Assembly (NCBI RefSeq): GCF_006345805.1
Contig: NW_021829988.1
Span: 1-5,620, forward strand
Source of the DNA: Octopus sinensis
Taxonomy: Eukaryota
Direction: 5' to 3'
DNA: 5,620 bases
Part shown: positions 1 through 5,620 of the stretch, piece by piece
Numbering within the stretch: the first letter of the stretch is position 1
Layout of the letters: each line of letters begins with the position of its first letter
Translations under genes and position numbers: made by a program
The notes under the pieces: generated by a model
What the model was told of the DNA's origin: nothing
The model's database searches: none
The model's input: only the letters and a program-made list of their open reading frames with translations

Positions 1-143
1 CTGCTTGGTTTGGAAATCCCCTTGCCAGTTTGGCAATTCTCTGCATTCTCAACTTTCTTGATTTCCTCTCTCCAACTCGGTTCTCTCCTCTCTCTCTTTC
101 TTGTAGTTGTATATTTTATTGGCAGCTGTTTGGTCACCACGAA

Positions 144-227
144 ACACACATACACATACATACATACATATATACATACATACATACATACATACATACA
201 TACATACATACATACATACATACATAC

Positions 228-258
<31 letters not shown>

Positions 259-527
259 CTTACATACATACATACATAATACATACATACATACATGCAT
301 ACATACATACACTCATACGTACATACATACATACATGCATGCATGCATACATACATACACACATACATACATACATACACGCACACATACATACATACAT
401 ACATACAAACATACATACATACATACTTACATACATACATACATACACACATACATACATACATACATGCATGCATACATACATACATTCATACATACAT
501 ACATACATACATACATACATACATACA
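144..527. repeat. Imperfect (CATA)n/(TACA)n tetranucleotide microsatellite
   Basis: Continuous catacatacata run with scattered variants (catg, cact, caca). Explains the HTYI/MYVC ORFs. Confidence 0.97.
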
Positions 528-814
528 ACCTCACACGCGCATACTGTAATAAATAACAGAAACAGAGATTTACATATCCAGGTTTTTGTTATACGGTTAA
601 TCACATCTTTCTCTGTCGGGACCTACACATATTCCCGCTGCAAGCCGGTGCACACTGCATATGGTGCACCTTGATGTGAATCTTGGTGAGGATTAACCGA
701 GTATAATAAATTTAACTAACTAGGGTTCATCTACATTTACTAACCGGTAAAAGCGAACTCGGTACCGGCTAGGAGTATATATATCCTTCTTAACCAATTT
801 GGATAGTTACCGTT

Positions 815-1022
815 ATACATACACGCACACACACGCACACACACACACACACACATACATACATACATGCATACATACATACGTACATACATAAAACTTA
901 CATGCATGCATACATACATACATACATACATACATACATACATACAACTTACATGCATGCATACATGCATACATACTGCATACATGCATACATACATACA
1001 TACATACATACATACCATACAT

Positions 1023-1062
<40 letters not shown>

Positions 1063-1083
1063 TATATTATATATGTATATATA
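815..1083. repeat. Compound microsatellite (CA)n-(CATA)n-(TA)n
   Basis: acacgcacacac, then catacata with two aacttacatgcatgc variants, then (AT)n from ~1031 to 1083, abutting the left end of the fold-back element. Confidence 0.95.
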
Positions 1084-1514
1084 GGAATAAAAAATGGAGT
1101 TAACGCAGGTTTAAACAAGTATTTTTTCTTTCTACATATGTTTCAAAAATTCCACTGATACTTATTCAAAAGAATAAAGGTATAAACAATGCAATCTTCT
1201 CTTCGGGAAAGGGAAAAAACGAAACTTGTCAATACGACTTTAGCAAAAAATGATGGATTCGTATAGCGATAGACAGAACGCTATTAATATTGTTTAAAAA
1301 AACGTTATATGATATAACGTCATAAGTAGCTAACAGAAAGAGTAGGGATATTAATAGTGAATGTTAAATATAAAGGAAATTAAAGTCTAAACTATATATA
1401 ATGATAGAGACTACTTATATGCACTAAAAGTATGTTTTTGCCAATGCTTACATCTGTATGCTCGTTCTATAACCGTGTTTACTAGAGTATTTTTAGAAAA
1501 AATAATGAAAAATA
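1079..1514 (-). repeat. Left arm of long inverted repeat (pairs with 1652-2089)
   Basis: Reverse complement matches 1652-2089 end to end (e.g. 1081 ataggaataaaaaatggagttaacgcagg vs cctgcgttaactccattttttattcctat ending 2087). About nine differing sites, nearly all 1-2 nt indels. Confidence 0.97.
1114..1230 (-). ncRNA. Mirror copy of the predicted hammerhead ribozyme in the left arm
   Basis: On minus: ctttc 1211-1207, CCGAAGA 1206-1200, GAAA 1144-1141, catatg 1140-1135, UA 1134-1133, gaaag 1132-1128. All core positions are identical to the right-arm copy. Confidence 0.76.
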
Positions 1515-1652
1515 GCTCAGAATTGCAGAGAAGACAGAATTTCTTGCCTTTGTCATATGGTATCGAAATTGAGAGGATCAACCTCCAAATGAAATTGTTC
1601 ATTGTGGTCTTTTAAATTCAAAATCAGTTTGCTGACCGGTACTATTCCGTTT
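1411..1652 (-). pseudogene. Frameshifted C-terminal fragment of a PLE GIY-YIG-type endonuclease ORF
   Basis: Joining frames gives KRNSTG/SKLILNLKDHNEQFHLE/LILSISIPYDKGKKFCLLCNSELFFIIFSKNTLVNTVIERAYRCKHWQKHTFSAYK* (TAG at 1411-1413; frame switches near 1636 and 1583-1595). This fits the pattern I recall for some PLE EN C-termini: T.LSK.IW.LK...F.I.W.IL....PY......C.LC..E...I......N...E....C.H..K. Recognised by eye, not by HMM. Confidence 0.75.
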
Positions 1653-2089
1653 ATTTTTCATTATTTTTTCTAAAAATACTCTAGTAAACACGGTTATATA
1701 GAACGAGCATACAGATGTAAGCATGGCAAAAACATACTTTTAGTGCATATAAGTAGTCTCTATCATTATATATAGTTTAGACTTTAATTTCCTTTATATT
1801 TAACATTCACTATTAATATCCCCTACTCTTTCTGTTAGCTACTTATGACGTTATATCATATAACGTTTTTTAAAACAATATTAATAGCGTTCTGTCTATC
1901 GCTATACGAATCCAATTTTTGCTAAAATGTCGTATTGACAAGTTTGTTTTTTTCCCTTTCCCGAAGAGAAGATTGCATTGTTTATACCTTTTATTCTTTT
2001 GAATAAGTATCAGTGGAATTTTTGAAACATATGTAGAAAGAAAAAATACTTGTTTAAACCTGCGTTAACTCCATTTTTTATTCCTATAT
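1652..2089 (+). repeat. Right arm of long inverted repeat (pairs with 1079-1514)
   Basis: Starts tatttttcattattttttctaaaaatactctag (reverse complement of sequence ending at 1514) and ends attcctatat. Same manual alignment as the left arm. Confidence 0.97.
1937..2054 (+). ncRNA. Predicted type I hammerhead ribozyme, variant core (U4->C), long stem II
   Basis: Stem I ctttc 1956-1960 / gaaag 2036-2040 (extended by T7/A6 and acaagt 1938-1943 / acttgt 2048-2053); core CCGAAGA 1961-1967; stem II 1968-2023 (13 positions with G:U pairs and one mismatch, capped by atac/gtat and ttattc-tttt-gaataa); GAAA 2024-2027; palindromic stem III catatg; GUA triplet 2033-2035. Confidence 0.78.
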
Positions 2090-2234
2090 TCAAATATTCA
2101 ACGTAAACACGAAGTTTCAACCTTTATAAACAAGGAGTTACAACATCTTTACTTGTGAGATTTTTGCTGTCCTGGTAACTATTCATTCATTTATCCGTGT
2201 TAAATGTTAACAAGGTAAAATACACTCATCTATT

Positions 2235-2268
2235 TATATGTATATATATATATATATGTATATATATG
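2235..2268. repeat. (TA)n microsatellite
   Basis: tatatgtatatatatatatatatgtatatatatg, directly beyond the 3' end of the minus-strand SINE tail. Confidence 0.9.
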
Positions 2269-2271
2269 CCA

Positions 2272-2442
2272 TTTTATTCTTTTATTTGTTTCAGGCGTTT
2301 GACTGCGGCCATACTGGAGCACCGCCTTTTAGTCGCACAAATCGACTCCGCGAGTTTTTTCTTTGTAAGCCTGATAAGTATTCTATCGGTAACTTTTGCT
2401 TGAACCACTAAGTCACGGGGACGTACACACACAAACATCGTT
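2272..2442 (-). mobile_element. 3' module of tRNA-derived SINE (same family as 5012-5419)
   Basis: Reverse complement ...acgtccccgtgacttagtggttc...ggcggtgctccagtatggccgcagtcaaacgcctgaaacaaataaaagaataaa aligns with 5251-5418 (acgtccccgtcacttagcggttc...ggtggtgctccagcatggccgcagtcaaatgactgaaacaagtaaaagagtaaa). Confidence 0.9.
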
Positions 2443-2626
2443 AATGTATGTTTTTGTGTGTAGGTAGTGTAGGTGATGCCCATTGGTTTAGTCATTAAGA
2501 AATCCTACGAAAGATACAAACCATATATAACCGCAAATAAGAAACTTAATTAATATTTGCCGTTTAATTATGAGGAAACGGATTTTCAATATTATTCGGG
2601 TAATTCGCTTCCGTTCACTTCTTACT

Positions 2627-2712
2627 TATGTATATGTGTGTGTATGTATATATGGATATATGTATGTATGTAGTATGTATGTATGTATGTAGTATGTATG
2701 TATGTATGTATG

Positions 2713-2755
<43 letters not shown>

Positions 2756-2784
2756 TATAATATATATATGTATATATGTGTGTG

Positions 2785-2825
<41 letters not shown>
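2627..2825. repeat. Compound (TATG)n-(TA)n-(TG)n microsatellite, probably the expanded internal tract of the minus-strand SINE
   Basis: Direct reading. Lies where the plus-strand copy has its (TA)/(TG) tract (5172-5224). Confidence 0.93.
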
Positions 2826-2976
2826 CGACGGGATTCTTTCAGCTTCCGTTAACCAAATCCATTCACAAGGCTTTGGTCAGTCCGCAGAAATAAGACACTT
2901 TCCCAAGGTGCCACCCAGCTGGATTGAACTCAAAATCATGTGTGCAAACTTCTTTCAATTCAGGCACGCCAGCGCC
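2824..2976 (-). mobile_element. 5' tRNA-like head and core of SINE, diverged
   Basis: Reverse complement ggcgctggcgtgcc...gagttcaatcc...gtggcaccttgggaaagtgtctt...gaccaaagccttgtgaatggatttggttaacggaagctgaaagaatcccgtcgta aligns with 5012-5175. Confidence 0.9.
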
Positions 2977-3016
2977 TATATATATATATATTTATATATA
3001 TATATATATATATATA
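2977..3016. repeat. (TA)n microsatellite between SINE head and element-2 terminus
   Basis: Near-perfect TA run with one ttt interruption. Confidence 0.95.
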
Positions 3017-3300
3017 CTTTATTCAAAGCAGCAGAAATTTAACAAAAGCTGTTACTCGGAGTTTCACGTTCCCGTTCGTCGGACGGTTTTGTTAAAATAG
3101 AACCGAAATAACAATTTGATCAAAACTAGTTAAAGGATACACCTTTAAAAATGGATTTGTTTCATTGGTCCTTTCGAATAACGGTCTTAGGCAAGCGATA
3201 AACAAAATAAACAAAATAAATGAATTCAATATAAATTATAAAAATCGAGGAAAAACCTTAAATCGAAGAGCGGATTCAAAATACATATTGTCATTAATTA
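3017..3300 (-). mobile_element. 3' end/pLTR fragment of a second hammerhead-bearing element (probably another PLE family); upstream limit uncertain
   Basis: Minimal hammerhead with near-palindromic stem III followed by a 36-nt tail ending at a (TA)n tract, the same layout as element 1. No ORF support found; the 3300 boundary is a guess. Confidence 0.5.
3038..3096 (-). ncRNA. Predicted compact type I hammerhead ribozyme, variant core (U4->C)
   Basis: Minus strand tttaacaaaa-cc-gt | CCGACGA (3082-3076) | acg-ggaa-cgt | GAAA (3065-3062) | ctccgag | UA (3054-3053) | ac-agc-ttttgttaaa. Stem I has a 10-bp distal helix, stem II is 3 bp with a GGAA loop, and stem III actccgagt is self-complementary apart from the central C. 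Confidence 0.82.
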
Positions 3301-4221
3301 TATAGAAAATATAATCCGATTAATACAATTAATACATAAAAATTAAAATTAAAATATATTAAAATATTTCACAACAGTATATACTCATACTAAACCATCA
3401 CATATATACATATCATCAAAATACACAGATGGATGTACACAGACCACATACATATACAGACATATCAATGCAAAACGAAAATATACACACAAATACACGT
3501 ATACATATGTATACGCGATCTTGCTCGCATGCAAAACTCACTTGGTGTATACATATAGACTAGAAGTAAAAGGCAGAGAGGGGGAAGAAAAGGTAACGAT
3601 CTTATAAGCAACAGAAAGCTAAAGACGAGAGTAAGAGAAGGGGAGAGGGGCGTAAAGTTACAGGACTCAATACAAGTAACGAATGGGGAGAGAAAAAATA
3701 AGGAAAGAAAGGAAGAAAGAAAGAAGTCTGACTATGCGTAACGAACGTTCACAAAATAAAATTACGTATACATGTGTATATAAAAGTGTATATTAGCAGT
3801 TAATACACATATAAGAACACATATATAAATATATAGAGACAAGTACGTAAATACACATCCACACAAATTCAAGTGTATACATGCATACATATACATCCAT
3901 GTATGTATGTGCATAAGTATAAACACACACGCTCACTTACACATATACATAGACACGTGCATACGAATACATATGCAGGCCAATACAAATATTCACATAA
4001 ACACATGTCTAGGATCTGACGTATATACAAACAACATTATTCTTTTAAAAATTGCTGAGTGCATAATAATAAAAATTTTAGATAAAAGACATGCAAAATA
4101 TAACACCCTATATGGGATTATCTTATAAATTAAACGATTAAAGTGGGTTTATAAAATGCAATAAAATGAAATAAAATAAGTCGAAGGTTTTTCTTAAGAA
4201 ATATATCGAAATATACACAAA

Positions 4222-4625
4222 ACTAGCAGTTTCGCCCGGCGTTGCTCGGGTTTGTAAGGGAAATAAATATATATAAGCATTTTTAGAGAGTTATAGCCAA
4301 AAATTAGCAAAAAAATGCATTAAAAACGGAAAAAAATTATGGTAAATTTTTTTTTAAATCGTTGACTCATCGTAGACATTTTTAGAGAATTACTTCCCTT
4401 ATATAATAGCGAAGAAAATGCATTAAAATGGAAAAAAATGATGGTAATTTTTTTTTTTAATCGTAGACTCATCGTAGACGCACGCTAATACCCAGAAGGG
4501 CTCGATATGAATCTCGACTATAAGATACCCGGTTTTGGTTAAACTGCACCGCAAAATGTGGGAGCAGTTAGGAATCTAAATCGTAGGAGACAGACACCAC
4601 ACAACCTCACTTTTATATATATAGA
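4222..4625 (+). mobile_element. Non-autonomous Helitron-like (rolling-circle) element
   Basis: 5' actagcag followed by GC-rich hairpin cccgg-cgttgc-tcggg (4235-4250), internal tandem duplication, 3' ...cacacaacctcacttttatatatataga. Resembles invertebrate non-autonomous Helitrons that begin ACTAG plus a hairpin and end TATAGA(T). No coding support; boundaries +/-2. Confidence 0.6.
4278..4478 (+). repeat. Two-copy ~100-bp tandem repeat inside the Helitron-like element
   Basis: Units 4278-4376 and 4377-4478 both start catttttagaga, contain aaatgcattaaaa..ggaaaaaaat.atggtaa, and end aatcgt(t/a)gactcatcgtaga. Confidence 0.92.
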
Positions 4626-4817
4626 TATATACAAAAACTTTGCGATGCGGAATAAAACCTGAATAATACGAAATCAGTTTTTCTAAGCCATGTAAAAAAT
4701 AAGTCGGATGCTTGAACCCCCAGCCCGGCCTTTGGCGACACCCTTAAGCCAAGAACTTTTCAGTTTCCCTTCGTACATGCATACACACAAGAAAGGATTT
4801 CCCAACAATTTCTGTTT

Positions 4818-4975
4818 GTGGCTGTGTGGTATGTAGATTGCTTACCAACCACATGGTTCCGGTATCAGTCCCACTGCGTGGCACCTTGGGCAAGTGTCTT
4901 CTAATATAGCCTCGGGCTGACTAAAGCCTTGTGAGTGGATTTGGTGGATGGAAACTGAAAGAAGCCCGTCGTATA
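4818..4975 (+). mobile_element. SINE head and core, lacking the first ~9 nt and with no 3' module of its own
   Basis: gtggctgtgtggta...ggtatcagtcccactgcgtggcaccttgggcaagtgtctt...gaaactgaaagaagcccgtcgtata; roughly 90% similar to 5021-5177 by eye. Confidence 0.92.
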
Positions 4976-5010
4976 TATGTATATATATGTATATATGTAT
5001 ATAGATTTAT
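4972..5010. repeat. (TA)n/(TATATG)n microsatellite between the tandem SINE heads
   Basis: tatatatgtatatatatgtatatatgtatatagatttat. Confidence 0.88.
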
Positions 5011-5011
5011 A

Positions 5012-5419
5012 GGCGCAGGAGTGGCTGTGTGGTAAGTAGCTTGCTTACCAACCATATGGTTCCGGGTTCAGTCCTACTGCGTGGCACCTTGGGCAAGTGT
5101 CTTCTACTATAGCCTCGGGCCGACCAAAGCCATGTGAGTGGATTTGGTAGACGGAAACTGAAAGAAACCCATCATATATATGTATATGTATATATATGTG
5201 CGTGTGTGTTTGTGTGTCTGTGTTTGTCCCCCCCCTAGTATTGCTTGACAACCGATGCTTGTGTGTTTACGTCCCCGTCACTTAGCGGTTCGGAAAAAAA
5301 AACCGATATAATAAGTACTAGGCTTACGAAAGAATAAGTCCCGGGGTCGAGTTGCTCGATTAAAGGTGGTGCTCCAGCATGGCCGCAGTCAAATGACTGA
5401 AACAAGTAAAAGAGTAAAG
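5012..5419 (+). mobile_element. Full-length tRNA-derived CORE-like SINE (octopus OR-type): head, core, microsatellite, 3' module
   Basis: A-box-like tggctgtgtgg 5022-5032, B-box-like ggttcagtcc 5065-5074, ccttgggcaag motif as in CORE-SINE cores, internal (TA)/(TG) tract 5172-5224, 3' end aaacaagtaaaagagtaaa. Homologous modules recur at four other places in the window. Family name is from recall. Confidence 0.88.
5022..5074 (+). promoter_or_regulatory. Degenerate internal RNA polymerase III type 2 promoter (A and B boxes) of the SINE
   Basis: tggctgtgtgg resembles TRGCNNARYGG and ggttcagtcc resembles GGTTCRANTCC, with tRNA-like spacing (~32 nt). Confidence 0.6.
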
Positions 5420-5454
5420 TGAGTACGTAATGAACTGGTGGGTGCGGAGCAGTT

Positions 5455-5543
5455 TGGTAGATGACACAATCCAAAACACTGCAGAGTGGAACTGAATTCG
5501 CAACCCCATGTTTGGAAGGCGAAGTTATTTTACCGCACATTCA
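5455..5543 (-). mobile_element. Highly decayed SINE head, older copy or related family
   Basis: Reverse complement tgaatgtgcggtaaaataacttcgccttccaaacatgg...ttcagttccact...tgtgtcatctac parallels tggctgtgtggtaagtagcttgcttaccaaccatatgg...ttcagtcctact...agtgtcttctac. Confidence 0.55.
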
Positions 5544-5620
5544 TTTCTCAACGTTTATTTCTGCAGTCATTTCTATCTATCTATCCGCTCAGTCGAAGTC
5601 GACTCTCGGTCACTCGTTGG

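Larger units (their letters stand above)
1079..2089 (-). mobile_element. 5'-truncated Penelope-like retroelement with inverted copy of its 3' end (inverted pseudo-LTR arrangement, tails pointing outward)
   Basis: Seen: 436/438-bp inverted arms around a 137-bp spacer; spacer plus left arm encode a PLE endonuclease-like C-terminus on minus; hammerhead motif in each arm. Established: PLEs commonly show 5' truncation with inverted pLTRs and carry hammerheads in their pLTRs. Confidence 0.82.

Noticed and set aside
1-143. Possible exon or LINE fragment (minus frame ...REPSWREEIKKVENAENCQTGKG...)
   Set aside because: Too short, truncated by the window edge, and with no diagnostic motif or clear splice signals.
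648-671. ggtgcac/gtgcacc hairpin and nearby accgg repeats
   Set aside because: A 7-bp stem built on a 6-bp palindrome with no supporting context; expected by chance.
10-674. Long ORFs rich in HTYI or MYVC repeats (up to 214 aa)
   Set aside because: They are translations of the stop-free (CATA)n microsatellite in several frames on both strands.
740-1118. ORFs at 740-1118 and 2628-2852
   Set aside because: Microsatellite translations with no domain content.
1079-2089. MITE, Foldback or Tc1/mariner DNA transposon with long TIRs and TA TSD
   Set aside because: The spacer continues a retroelement-type endonuclease frame and the arms contain hammerheads. The TA flanks are palindromic and cannot be told apart from the inverted repeat itself.
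2197-3042. ORFs 2197-2403, 2274-2495 and 2776-3042
   Set aside because: They lie on SINE modules and TA tracts; chance open frames.
3262-3285. Additional hammerhead-like cores (tcgaaga near 3263; ttgatga on minus near 3414)
   Set aside because: No correctly placed GAAA, stem III, UH or pairing stem I.
3907-4128. 73-aa plus-strand ORF
   Set aside because: Derived from degenerate CA/TA repeats and AT-rich sequence; no recognisable motif.
3994-4149. Minus-strand frame THFNRLIYKIIPYRVLYFACLLSKIFII... faintly echoing the element-1 peptide (IPY...CLL...FII)
   Set aside because: It lacks the second Cys, the Glu and the terminal CxH. The similarity is explicable by AT-rich codon bias; a profile search would be needed to rescue it.
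4278-4478. CRISPR-like or other prokaryotic repeat array
   Set aside because: Only two adjacent ~100-bp units with no spacers, in a clearly eukaryotic repeat context.
5012-5085. Possible tRNA gene
   Set aside because: It has A/B boxes but no convincing cloverleaf or acceptor stem, and it continues into the SINE core. It is a SINE head.
5045-5540. ORFs 5045-5251 and 5235-5540 on minus
   Set aside because: Antisense or decayed SINE sequence; no independent coding evidence.

Overview
AT-rich, repeat-dense animal genomic DNA with no credible host gene. The SINE family and microsatellite load suggest an octopus/coleoid cephalopod (inference). Most listed ORFs are microsatellite or SINE artefacts. 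The key structure is a ~1 kb fold-back (arms 1079-1514 and 1652-2089, 137-bp spacer). It is a 5'-truncated Penelope-like retroelement (PLE): the frameshifted C-terminus of a GIY-YIG-type endonuclease ORF on the minus strand, plus an inverted copy of its 3' end. Each arm carries a predicted type I hammerhead ribozyme with a non-canonical CCGAAGA core (U4->C), a long stem II and a palindromic stem III. A second, sequence-unrelated compact hammerhead (3038-3096, minus) has the same U4->C change (CCGACGA) and also ends shortly before a (TA)n tract. The rest comprises tRNA-derived CORE-like SINE copies, a Helitron-like non-autonomous element with an internal ~100-bp tandem repeat, and compound microsatellites. 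All folds and alignments were done by eye.
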